Source: Saprospiraceae bacterium
GTDB lineage: Bacteria > Bacteroidota > Bacteroidia > Chitinophagales > Saprospiraceae
Length of the DNA: 64,000 nucleotides
NCBI GenBank assembly: GCA_029252685.1
Contig: JAQXAY010000148.1
Coordinates: forward strand, 2,266-66,265
Direction: 5' to 3'
Shown: piece by piece, positions 49,743 to 58,777 of the stretch
Position numbering within the stretch: position 1 is the stretch's first letter
How the letters are laid out: each line of letters opens with the position of its first letter
Position numbers and translations under genes: made by a program
The notes under the pieces: generated by a model
What the model saw: only the letters and a program-made list of their open reading frames with translations
Databases searched by the model: none
Told to the model about the DNA's origin: nothing

Positions 49743-52700
49743 ATGGTACGTTATTTACTCATAACCCTGTCTTTTCTTCTCCTAGGATCCTTTGGAGCTG
49801 CTGCCCAGGGTACCCTTCAGGGAAAGGTGACAGAGAATGAATCAGGGTTAGGCGCCATCGGCGCTACGGTATTAGTCAAAAGAGGCGGTGTCCAGATTAC
49901 TGGGGGCGTGACTGATTTTGATGGGAACTATTCTATTCCCAATCTTGATCCCGGAACTTATGATGTGGAGGTTTCCTATGTAGGTTTTGCATCATCAAGA
50001 ACAACAGGAGTAGTTCTTTATGTGAACAGAATTGTTAAACTTGATGTATCTCTTGTTCCGGATTCAGAAGTATTGGATCAATTCGTCGTAGTGGGCTACA
50101 AAGTACCACTGATCGAAGTTGATAATACAACTGGAGGTAAGACGGTAACAGCTGAAGAGATTGCAAATCTTCCTGGTAAATCCATTGGAAGTATTGTATC
50201 TACTGTTGCAGGTGTCGCATCTGTTGATGGTAATGTCAACGTAAAGGGATCTCGTTCCAATGCAACCGATTATTACGTGGATGGTATTCGCGTGAGTGGT
50301 TCATTACCTCCACAATCGGAGTATGAGCAGATTCAGGTATTGACGGGTGGTATTTCCGCTCAATACGGTGATGTAACAGGTGGTATCATCTCGATCATCA
50401 CAAAAGGACCTCAGAGTAATTATTCTGGTAGTGTGGATTTAGAGACAACTTCTCCTTTTGATAATTATAACTATAATCTTGCTGCTGCAAGTATAGCTGG
50501 TCCAATTATCAAAAAGAATGATAAATCTATACTTGGTTTCCGTATTTCGGGACAATATAGATATGAAGATGATAATAATCCTCCTCAAGGAGTTTATTAC
50601 AAAGCAACAGACGCAAAAATAGCTGAGATTGAGGATAATCCAGTTGATAATATTGGAGGTATTCTTCGTCCTACTGCAAATTCAATGAATGCGCAAGACG
50701 TCGAAGCATTGGATTACAATCCTAATTCAGAAATAGAGGATATGTTCTACACTGCAAAATTGGATTGGCAGGTTTCAAAGGGTATTGATGTTACCGCGTC
50801 AGGTTCATTCAGAAAGAACAAAAACAGATTCCTACCAGGAACAAATGATAATGGTAATAGTCGTTGGATTCTTTTTAACTCTCACAACAACCCATATTCT
50901 GATTTCCAGAATTACCGTGCTAATTTTAGATTGAGACACCGTCTTGGTCAGACTGATTATACATCGGCAGGGGAGGGAGATACGAAAAGTGCTGTTCAGA
51001 ATATTACTTACATCCTTCAGGGTGGTTTTGAGCGTTCTAACAGATTTAATTATGACTCAAGACATGAAGATAGATTCTTTGATTACGGATATGTTGGACA
51101 ATTTGAATATAGTTTTGATAATGCGCTAGGTCTTCCTTTTGATAGAGAAAATCCAGCGGACTATCCATTCTTCCTAGAGCATAGAGGTTTCTCTGAGACG
51201 CTTACAGGGTATACACCAGCTGGAATTAATCCAGTTTTGGAAAATTATAACGCAGATGTTCCAGAAGGATCTATTGAATCTGCATATTTGATCAGGAATG
51301 GTTTCCAGAGTAATACACTTACAGAAATCTTCAATGGCCTTCATACCAATGCAGGTGCTGTTTACAATAATTATACTAAAACAGAGAGTGATCGTATAAC
51401 TGCTCAAGCGAATGTATCTTTCGAGATTGTTCCAAGAAAAAATTCTGCAAACAGACATAACATCAAATTTGGTGCTATGTACGAGCAACGTACTTCAAGA
51501 AGATGGGATTTAGATCCTATAGCTCTTTGGCGAATTGCTGAACAACAAGTAAATCGTAACATCATAGGTGTAGATACATCGATGATCGTTGGAGATTCTC
51601 TCGTTGAACAGACAGGTGAGCTTATTCCTATTTACGGTAAAACAACTGTTGATTTACTGGGTAACTCATTTTATAAAGAGATTCGTGAGTCATTCGGAAT
51701 TCCATTAACTGATTTCGTAAATGTACATGGATTTAGTCCTGACCAATTGTCAATAGACATGTTCTCTTCCTCAGAGCTTACTACTGAGGATATCTTGAAT
51801 TATTATGGTTATTCTTATACAGGTGAGAAGAAGAACTCAACTTTTGATGACTTCTTCACAAATACTGATGAGAACGGTCTGAGAACATTCGATGTTCCAG
51901 CATTTACACCGAACTACTTTGCTTTCTATGTGGAGGATAAATTTAACATCGATGACATTTACTTTAGCTTTGGTCTTCGTATGGATCGTTTCGATGCAAA
52001 CACGAAAGTGGCTAAAGATTTGTATGTCTTAGAAGATGTTTATTCTGCTGCTGATTATCATGCACAATTTGGAGGTGAAGCTCCATCTACTGTAGGTGAT
52101 GATTCTAAGGTATATGTAACCAATATAGAGCAACCACAAGTTGTAGCATATAGAGATGGTGATGCATGGTATACATCAGGGGGTACTGAGAGTACAGGAC
52201 CTCAAATCTTCGGTGGTCAGACTGTACAGCCGATGTATGTTAATCCTGACGTATCGATCAACTCTCCTGAATTCGATCCGTCGACTTCATTTGTAGATTA
52301 CGTACCACAGGTGAATTTCTCACCTCGTCTTGCATTTTCATTTGCGATTTCAGATGTTGCAAACTTCTATGCACACTATGATGTGATGGTTCAGCGTCCA
52401 GCTTCAAATAGCGTATTTACTCCATTGGATTATTACCTATTCTACGAAGGAGGAACACTAAAGAACAATCCAAATCTTAGACCAGAGCGTACTATTGATT
52501 ACGAAATTGGTTTCCAACAGAAACTTAATGATCGTTCATCAATCAAACTTTCGGCTTATTACAAGGAGCTAAGAGATATGATCCAGTCAAGACAATTGAC
52601 TCAGGTTGCTATCCTTGGTCAATATACAACTTATGATAACCTTGACTTTGGTACTACCAAAGGTTTCACATTCTACTATGACCTTCGTCGTACGAAGAAT

Positions 52701-53357
52701 ATTCAAATGCAGTTATCATATACCCTTCAGTTTGCTGATGGTACTGGTTCAGATGCTAACTCAACTCGTGGTTTAGACTTTAGAGGAGTTCAGCGTTCAC
52801 TATATCCACTTAACTTTGATGAGCGTCACAGATTCGGTTTGAATCTAGACTACTCTTACGGAGAAGGAAAGAAATATAATGGTCCAGTATTATTCGGAAG
52901 AGACATCTTTGCTAATGCAGGTCTGAATGTTCAGATGAATGCAGTATCAGGTCGTCCGTATACGAAGAAACTTCAGCCAACTCAATTTGGTGGAGACTTT
53001 ACACTTGGATCTATTAATGGTGCAAGAAAACCTTGGACATTCCAATTGGATTCAAGATTGATGAAAAATTTCTCTATTGCAAGGGAAAATGGTTCAAGCC
53101 TGAACTTCCAGGTTTACCTAAGGGTATCAAATATCTTGAACAGAAGAAATGTACTAAATGTATTTACGGCTACAGGTGTGGCGGATGATGATGGTTATTT
53201 GGCATCTGCTAATGGTCAGTCTGCATTGACTGCAATTGGTAACGATCCAACACTATCTGAAACAAGTTATATTGCTGCATACAATTGGCGTATGTTGAAT
53301 CCTGACTTCTTTACACAGCCGAGAAGATTCTATTTAGGAACAGTTTTCTCATTCTAA
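49743..53357 (+). CDS. Oversized TonB-dependent-receptor-like outer-membrane barrel (CarboxypepD_reg-like domain, plug, very large barrel)
   Basis: 1204 aa with a signal peptide and an N-terminal Ig-like domain (GKVTE...GATVLV...TDFDGNYSIPNLDPGTYDVEVSYVGF). The plug region is VVVGY...GKTVTAEEI...VNVKGSRSNATDYYVDGIRV...LTGGISAQYGDVTGGIISIITK. A long amphipathic beta region ends in the beta-signal YLGTVFSF. Confidence 0.85.
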   Translation: MVRYLLITLSFLLLGSFGAAAQGTLQGKVTENESGLGAIGATVLVKRGGVQITGGVTDFDGNYSIPNLDPGTYDVEVSYVGFASSRTTGVVLYVNRIVKLDVSLVPDSEVLDQFVVVGYKVPLIEVDNTTGGKTVTAEEIANLPGKSIGSIVSTVAGVASVDGNVNVKGSRSNATDYYVDGIRVSGSLPPQSEYEQIQVLTGGISAQYGDVTGGIISIITKGPQSNYSGSVDLETTSPFDNYNYNLAAASIAGPIIKKNDKSILGFRISGQYRYEDDNNPPQGVYYKATDAKIAEIEDNPVDNIGGILRPTANSMNAQDVEALDYNPNSEIEDMFYTAKLDWQVSKGIDVTASGSFRKNKNRFLPGTNDNGNSRWILFNSHNNPYSDFQNYRANFRLRHRLGQTDYTSAGEGDTKSAVQNITYILQGGFERSNRFNYDSRHEDRFFDYGYVGQFEYSFDNALGLPFDRENPADYPFFLEHRGFSETLTGYTPAGINPVLENYNADVPEGSIESAYLIRNGFQSNTLTEIFNGLHTNAGAVYNNYTKTESDRITAQANVSFEIVPRKNSANRHNIKFGAMYEQRTSRRWDLDPIALWRIAEQQVNRNIIGVDTSMIVGDSLVEQTGELIPIYGKTTVDLLGNSFYKEIRESFGIPLTDFVNVHGFSPDQLSIDMFSSSELTTEDILNYYGYSYTGEKKNSTFDDFFTNTDENGLRTFDVPAFTPNYFAFYVEDKFNIDDIYFSFGLRMDRFDANTKVAKDLYVLEDVYSAADYHAQFGGEAPSTVGDDSKVYVTNIEQPQVVAYRDGDAWYTSGGTESTGPQIFGGQTVQPMYVNPDVSINSPEFDPSTSFVDYVPQVNFSPRLAFSFAISDVANFYAHYDVMVQRPASNSVFTPLDYYLFYEGGTLKNNPNLRPERTIDYEIGFQQKLNDRSSIKLSAYYKELRDMIQSRQLTQVAILGQYTTYDNLDFGTTKGFTFYYDLRRTKNIQMQLSYTLQFADGTGSDANSTRGLDFRGVQRSLYPLNFDERHRFGLNLDYSYGEGKKYNGPVLFGRDIFANAGLNVQMNAVSGRPYTKKLQPTQFGGDFTLGSINGARKPWTFQLDSRLMKNFSIARENGSSLNFQVYLRVSNILNRRNVLNVFTATGVADDDGYLASANGQSALTAIGNDPTLSETSYIAAYNWRMLNPDFFTQPRRFYLGTVFSF

Positions 53358-53376
53358 TTGACAAAATAAATTGAAA

Positions 53377-56300
53377 ATGATGAAACATAAATATTGGTTA
53401 TCAGCTCTCTTGATGTTCTCGTTCCTTGTTGGAATGCAGGCGCAGGAAGAATGTCTGAAGCCTAAAGCCCAAATTGATCAGGGGGTTAATCGTCTGACTC
53501 AGGGTAAAGTTAATAATGTAAGGGCTCGTCTAAGAACCGGTGGTGATAACTGGTGGGATGGCTCTGGTGATGGAAAATACGTAGTACCGGCTGTTGCTGC
53601 AGGTGAAATCGAGGTATCTTCGGTATTTGCAGGTGGTGTATGGCTAGGAGGATTTGATTCAGGTGGTAATCTAAAACTTGCTGCTCAAACTTACGGATCT
53701 TCTCAAGGTAATACGGATTTTTACAATGGTCCATTGAATGATTCAGATGGTACCACTGAAAAGGAAACATGTGAAGATTGGGATAGATTCTTCGAAGTAT
53801 ATGCTTCAGAGATTGATGATCATATTGCTCTTCTTGCAGAAGCTATAAATGGTGGAACTTACGAGCAAGATCAAATTCCTTTCGGTGTAAAATACTGGCC
53901 TGCAAAAGGTAATCAGTACTTCGCTTCATACTATGGTTTTGCGCTTCCTGACAATGAGCAGGGGCTTGCATACTTTTATGATGCAGATGCAGATGGTTCA
54001 TATGAACCTCTGAACGGTGACTATCCTGTAATCCGTGTAAGAGGTTGTGAAGAGCCTCAATATCCAGATCAGATGATCTACTGGATTTATAATGATAACG
54101 GTGGTATTCACTCAGAAACGCAAGGTGATGCTATTCAGATGGAAATTCAAGTTCAGTCTTTTGCTTATGGTACAAATGACCAGGTAAATGACATGACTTT
54201 CCAAGCTTATCGTTTAATTAACCGTGCAATTGATGAAATTGATTCTACATACTTTGCAATGTGGGCTGATATAGATCTAGGTTGTTATACGGATGATTAT
54301 ATTGGCTGTGATACAGTTCGTTCTCTTGGATATGCATATAATGCAGATGAAGAAGATGGTACTAATGGTATTACATGTCTGCAAGGTGTACCAACTTACG
54401 GTAATGAGGTTCCAATGATTGGGATTGACTACTTTAGAGGACCTTTAAAGCCTATTTTTGATGCCGAAGATAATATCATTGGTGAGGAAGAATTAGGAAT
54501 GTCTTCATTCGCTGTTTACAACAACGGTGGAGTTGGTGATCCTCCTGTAGGTACGACAGATCCATCTCAGGATTTTGAATACTATAACTACCTTTCTGGT
54601 TCATGGAGAGACGGAACCCCAATTCAGTTTGGTGGTGATGGATACCAAACTGGAGGTGAAGAGGTAGATTATGTATTTTTTGATGAACCAAACAATGGTG
54701 AAGGTTGGTCAATGTGTACAGAAACACTTCCTTCTGATTACGATAGACGTCAGCTTCAGGCTTCAGGTCCTTTTAGACTTCTTCCGGGTGCTGTTAACGA
54801 ACTAATTGTAGGTGTAGTTTGGGTACCAGACATGACTTACCCTTGTCCAGATCTTAACAGGTTCTTTAAAGCGGATGATTTTGCTCAAGGACTTTTTGAT
54901 AGTTGTTTCGATATTCTTGATGGTCCAGATGCACCGGATGTAGATCTTGTGGAGCTTGACAGAGAGTTGGTGATGATACTTACAAATGACAAATTGACTT
55001 CAAACAATGCATTTGAGGCATATACTGAGGATGATCCAACAGCTCCTGCTATTCCTGGTATTGATCCAGCATATAAGTTTGAAGGATACCTAGTATACCA
55101 AATTCCAAGTCCAAATGATGTAGCTGATCTTCAAGATCCTGAAAAAGCTCGTTTGATTTTGCAGATGGATGTAAAGAATGGAATCTCTACAATTTATAAT
55201 TGGAGTAGTGAATCTATTGCATATCCAGATGGAACTACGGATGAAGTTTGGTTCCCTACTGTACAGGTAGAAGGATCTAATAAAGGTATTGAGCATACAT
55301 TTAAAGTAACTAACGATGCATTTAAATCGGGTAATGATACACGTTTGATCAATCATACGAGGTATTACTACAAGGTTGTAGCATACGGATATAATAACTA
55401 CGAAGAATTTAATGAAGACCTTGGTGAAGGCCAACGTCGTCCATTCATCATTGGTCGTAGAGGTGGTTCTCCATTTACTGCAATTCCAAGACCAATTGTT
55501 GATCAGACGCTTAATTCAAATTATGGTGACGGTGCTATCGTTACACGTTTGGATGGTGTCGGTGTTGGATCTAACTTCCTTGATATCTCTGATGAGTCAA
55601 GAGATCAGATTCTAAATGGTGAATTCGATGGTTCAATTACGTACAAAGAAGGTGGCGGTCCAATCTCTGTTAAGATTTTCAATCCGCTAGAGGTAATAAA
55701 TGGATCTTATGAACTTAGGTTTAAGGATTCAGACCAAAATGATGACTCTTTAGATGAGGATGCAGTTTGGGAACTTGAAGACCTTGGAACTGGTGAAATC
55801 ATTGCTTCAGAAACTTCAATTGAGTTACTAAATGAACAAGTATTTGGTCAGTATGGATTCTCTATTGCTATAGAGAATGATGAGGATCTATTCAATTCAG
55901 CAAGCCCTGACGGAGCAGTTGGTTCAGAAGTTGTTTATTCTGATGTTACTGGTGCAGATTGGTTTGATGTAGTTAAAGATGAAGAAGATTTCGGAATTCA
56001 GGCTTCCTTTATTTCAAGTACGTTTGATTACGTAAATCCTGAAGAAGGATCTAACGTGTTTAATATTGATCCAAACAATACACTTGGTTCTATGGCGGAT
56101 GGTTTCGTGCCATTCCCTCTAGCAACTAATGATTATACGACTGATCCTACAAATCCAGCTGCTGGACCTGTTTTGACTCCAGGTTGGACTAAAGTAGGTG
56201 CAAGTACTTTCTTCAACAACAACTTTAACCTTCCTCAAATCATGGGTAACCTAAACAATATTGATATTGTTTTCACCTCTGATAAGAGTATGTGGTCAAG

Positions 56301-57381
56301 ATGTATCGTTGTAGAAACAGCAAACCCTGGAATGACATCAAACTTCCCATCTATTGAGAACCATGCACAGATGATGCTTAGAGGTTCAACATCTGTTGGT
56401 AAGTATGATAGTGATGAAGATGGAAAAGCAGATACTGATACTTCTGATGCACCAACTGGTAAAGGATGGTTCCCTGGTTATGCAATTAATGTTGAAACAG
56501 GAAAACGTGTAAACATCTTCTTCGGAGAGAACTCTTCATTCAGTCAGTCTCCGCTTAAAGAATTCTTCCCAGATGAAGATTCTAAAACGGATGATATGAT
56601 GTTTAATCCATCAGATGAGACATTACTTGAATTCCAAGGTGTTCAATTTGGTCAAGCAAACCTTTATTGTGGTGGGCAGCACTTCGTTTATGTAACTAAT
56701 ACAGAATATGATGGCTGTAACGCACTTTATGAAGCGGCTAAGAACTTGACCCCGAATAGTGCTTACACCTTCTATTTGGCATACATTAGAAATATAGTTT
56801 GGTCTGGATTCCCGATTCTTAAATCTGGGGCGCGTCTAGATCCTCTTGGATCTGGAGAGTCTGGCCTTATACCAAATGATGTAACTGTTAAGTTGCGTGT
56901 TACGAGTCCTTACGCTGTAGAGACTGGAACTGGTGTTCGTAATGGTAATCCAACTTACCAATTCGATATAGCAGGTAAAGCGTCAACGGACCTTACATCA
57001 GACGAGGTTGAGTCTGCGTTAGATATGATCAATGTAGTTCCTAATCCTTACTACGGATTCTCTAATTACGATTCAAATAACTTCAACAATACAATTAAGA
57101 TTACAAATCTTCCTGCAACATGTGTAGTATCTATATACTCACTAGATGGTAAATTTATCAAAAGATTTAACCGTGCGGAGAGATATACTACGCCTTCAGG
57201 AACGAACAGAGGACTTCAGTCTGCACAATATGCTCCAGACGTTGAATGGGATATGAAGAATAATCAGAATATTCCAGTAGCGGGTGGTGTTTACTTGATC
57301 CATGTGGAAGCGGAAGGTCTTGGTGAGCGTGTAATTAAATGGTTCGGTACAAACAGACAGTTTGATGCTACCGGATTATAA
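53377..57381 (+). CDS. Giant acidic secreted protein of unknown function with T9SS-type C-terminal domain
   Basis: 1334 aa from the ATG at 53377 (the track starts at TTG 53371), beginning 19 nt after the receptor stop. Signal peptide LLMFSFLVGMQAQ. No catalytic motif is recognised. The C-terminus VVPNPYYGFS...ITNLP..CVVSIYSLDGKFIKRF...WDMKN...PVAGGVYLIHVEAEG resembles a T9SS/FlgD-Ig-like sorting domain. Confidence 0.8.
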   Translation: MMKHKYWLSALLMFSFLVGMQAQEECLKPKAQIDQGVNRLTQGKVNNVRARLRTGGDNWWDGSGDGKYVVPAVAAGEIEVSSVFAGGVWLGGFDSGGNLKLAAQTYGSSQGNTDFYNGPLNDSDGTTEKETCEDWDRFFEVYASEIDDHIALLAEAINGGTYEQDQIPFGVKYWPAKGNQYFASYYGFALPDNEQGLAYFYDADADGSYEPLNGDYPVIRVRGCEEPQYPDQMIYWIYNDNGGIHSETQGDAIQMEIQVQSFAYGTNDQVNDMTFQAYRLINRAIDEIDSTYFAMWADIDLGCYTDDYIGCDTVRSLGYAYNADEEDGTNGITCLQGVPTYGNEVPMIGIDYFRGPLKPIFDAEDNIIGEEELGMSSFAVYNNGGVGDPPVGTTDPSQDFEYYNYLSGSWRDGTPIQFGGDGYQTGGEEVDYVFFDEPNNGEGWSMCTETLPSDYDRRQLQASGPFRLLPGAVNELIVGVVWVPDMTYPCPDLNRFFKADDFAQGLFDSCFDILDGPDAPDVDLVELDRELVMILTNDKLTSNNAFEAYTEDDPTAPAIPGIDPAYKFEGYLVYQIPSPNDVADLQDPEKARLILQMDVKNGISTIYNWSSESIAYPDGTTDEVWFPTVQVEGSNKGIEHTFKVTNDAFKSGNDTRLINHTRYYYKVVAYGYNNYEEFNEDLGEGQRRPFIIGRRGGSPFTAIPRPIVDQTLNSNYGDGAIVTRLDGVGVGSNFLDISDESRDQILNGEFDGSITYKEGGGPISVKIFNPLEVINGSYELRFKDSDQNDDSLDEDAVWELEDLGTGEIIASETSIELLNEQVFGQYGFSIAIENDEDLFNSASPDGAVGSEVVYSDVTGADWFDVVKDEEDFGIQASFISSTFDYVNPEEGSNVFNIDPNNTLGSMADGFVPFPLATNDYTTDPTNPAAGPVLTPGWTKVGASTFFNNNFNLPQIMGNLNNIDIVFTSDKSMWSRCIVVETANPGMTSNFPSIENHAQMMLRGSTSVGKYDSDEDGKADTDTSDAPTGKGWFPGYAINVETGKRVNIFFGENSSFSQSPLKEFFPDEDSKTDDMMFNPSDETLLEFQGVQFGQANLYCGGQHFVYVTNTEYDGCNALYEAAKNLTPNSAYTFYLAYIRNIVWSGFPILKSGARLDPLGSGESGLIPNDVTVKLRVTSPYAVETGTGVRNGNPTYQFDIAGKASTDLTSDEVESALDMINVVPNPYYGFSNYDSNNFNNTIKITNLPATCVVSIYSLDGKFIKRFNRAERYTTPSGTNRGLQSAQYAPDVEWDMKNNQNIPVAGGVYLIHVEAEGLGERVIKWFGTNRQFDATGL

Positions 57382-57390
57382 TAAAATTGT

Positions 57391-57408
57391 GGGGAGCTCA
57401 AGCTCCCC
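57391..57408 (+). promoter_or_regulatory. GC-rich intercistronic stem-loop without U-tract
   Basis: ggggagctcaagctcccc is a perfect palindrome (6-7 bp G/C stem). It lies 10 nt after the 1334-aa gene stop and 35 nt before the next ATG. It is followed by ccaacttt, so it is not a canonical terminator. Confidence 0.4.
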
Positions 57409-57442
57409 CCAACTTTGTTGAACATTTTGAATTAAAAAAGTT

Positions 57443-58492
57443 ATGAATAAAATAATAAACTATATAGTAGCCTTCTTTTTGGTTCTTGGTTTCATGCCTG
57501 ATGCTCAGGCAGGTAACCCGGATCGTCAGGGGGAGGCAGGTTTTGCCCAGTTACTATTGGTTCCATATGCGCAATCAGCTGGTTTGAGTGCAATGAACAC
57601 AGCTTTTGTATCTGGTGTGGAATCATTTGGTGTAAATCCTGCAGGTTTGGCTTCAGTTACAAACCTTGAGATAGGCGTTCATCAGGCTCAGTACCTAGTT
57701 GGAACGGATATCAAATTAAATGCCTTTGGTATGGTTACCAAGTTGAAGAATGGTGGTGCACTTGGTGTCTCATTGAATAATGTAGATATGGGTGAAATCG
57801 CAAGAACAACTTCGGATCAGCCAGGAGGTACTGGAAATACATTTTCTCCTTCAATTTTTTCTTTGAATATTGGCTATGCTAAATCATGGGATGAGAAAAT
57901 TTTTGTAGGAGTTAACTTCAAAGTAGCTTCTGAGCGCGTTGAGGATATGTCTCTTTCTACATTTGCAATTGATGCAGGTGTTCAGTACAAGTCCGGTGAA
58001 AATGATCGTTTTCGTTTTGGAGTTGCTTTGAGAAACATTGGAGCTCCAGCAGCTTTCGAAGGAGAGGGACTTATTTTTATCTCTACAGTACCATTCGAAG
58101 GAGGTACATTTACGCAGACTACAACTCAGCGTTCTTCAAGAGTAGAACTTCAGTCGGCTCTTAAGTTAGGAACATCTTATGATGTTATCACTGGTGTTAA
58201 TACACTTCGTGTACTTGCTAACTTTACGTCTAATGCCTTCTCCCGTGATCAGATCGGTGGAGGTATTGAGTATCACCTTAAGGATATATTTGTACTTCGT
58301 GGTGGATACCAATATGAATTGGATCAGATAGATTCTGAGTTGCCAATTTATACAGGTGTTTCTGGAGGTGCAACATTTAACTTTAAGTTAGGTAAAAGTG
58401 TAGATGCAGCCCGTGTAGGCTTAGGATATGCTTACCGAATGACAAGTAAGTTCAATGGTACACACAATGTGGGTGTAACATTGGAACTATAG
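57443..58492 (+). CDS. PorV/PorQ-family (FadL-like) outer-membrane beta-barrel protein
   Basis: 349 aa with a signal peptide. The N-terminal motif GEAGFAQLLLVPYAQSAGLSAMNTAFVSGVESFGVNPAGLA is characteristic of PorV/PorQ-type proteins as I remember them. The rest has an alternating beta-strand pattern. Confidence 0.7.
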   Translation: MNKIINYIVAFFLVLGFMPDAQAGNPDRQGEAGFAQLLLVPYAQSAGLSAMNTAFVSGVESFGVNPAGLASVTNLEIGVHQAQYLVGTDIKLNAFGMVTKLKNGGALGVSLNNVDMGEIARTTSDQPGGTGNTFSPSIFSLNIGYAKSWDEKIFVGVNFKVASERVEDMSLSTFAIDAGVQYKSGENDRFRFGVALRNIGAPAAFEGEGLIFISTVPFEGGTFTQTTTQRSSRVELQSALKLGTSYDVITGVNTLRVLANFTSNAFSRDQIGGGIEYHLKDIFVLRGGYQYELDQIDSELPIYTGVSGGATFNFKLGKSVDAARVGLGYAYRMTSKFNGTHNVGVTLEL

Positions 58493-58516
58493 AGTAGCTG
58501 ATACAGATAATAAAAG

Positions 58517-58547
58517 AGGCTGACTCATTGAGAGTCAGCCTTTTTTA
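58517..58547 (+). terminator. Strong intrinsic terminator closing the receptor / giant protein / PorV-like unit
   Basis: Perfect 10-bp stem aggctgactc/gagtcagcct with a 5-nt loop and a T6 run, 25 nt after the stop. Confidence 0.85.
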
Positions 58548-58618
58548 TTTTAATGAATTAGATTAAATAGAAATAAGATTAATTTGATAAAACCAAAGAA
58601 AAAAATTAAATTTGTTTA

Positions 58619-58657
58619 AAGGATTCCTTCAATCATGTTGGAAGCCTTATTTTTTTT
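58619..58657 (+). terminator. Orphan terminator-like hairpin in the greA upstream region
   Basis: aaggattcc/ggaagcctt (9 bp, one mismatch) with a 12-nt loop, followed by A-T8. There is no annotated gene between it and the previous terminator. Confidence 0.35.
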
Positions 58658-58777
58658 CTAAACTAGATGGCGATCCCGCTGTCGGCTGTTTCCTCTCCAA
58701 AACATTATTGGAATGACTGGCTTGCTAAGTTTCAAAGAACTTAGGGTTTAGAATTTTTTAATTTAAAATTGAAGAAT

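Noticed and set aside
53377-57381. The giant gene upstream of the PorV-like gene might be the T9SS sortase PorU, since porU-porV adjacency is typical
   Set aside because: The sequence does not resemble what I remember of PorU/C25 gingipain-like peptidases. I could find no plausible catalytic His/Cys peptidase core. The N-terminal blocks are of a different, uncharacterised type. This needs an HMM check.
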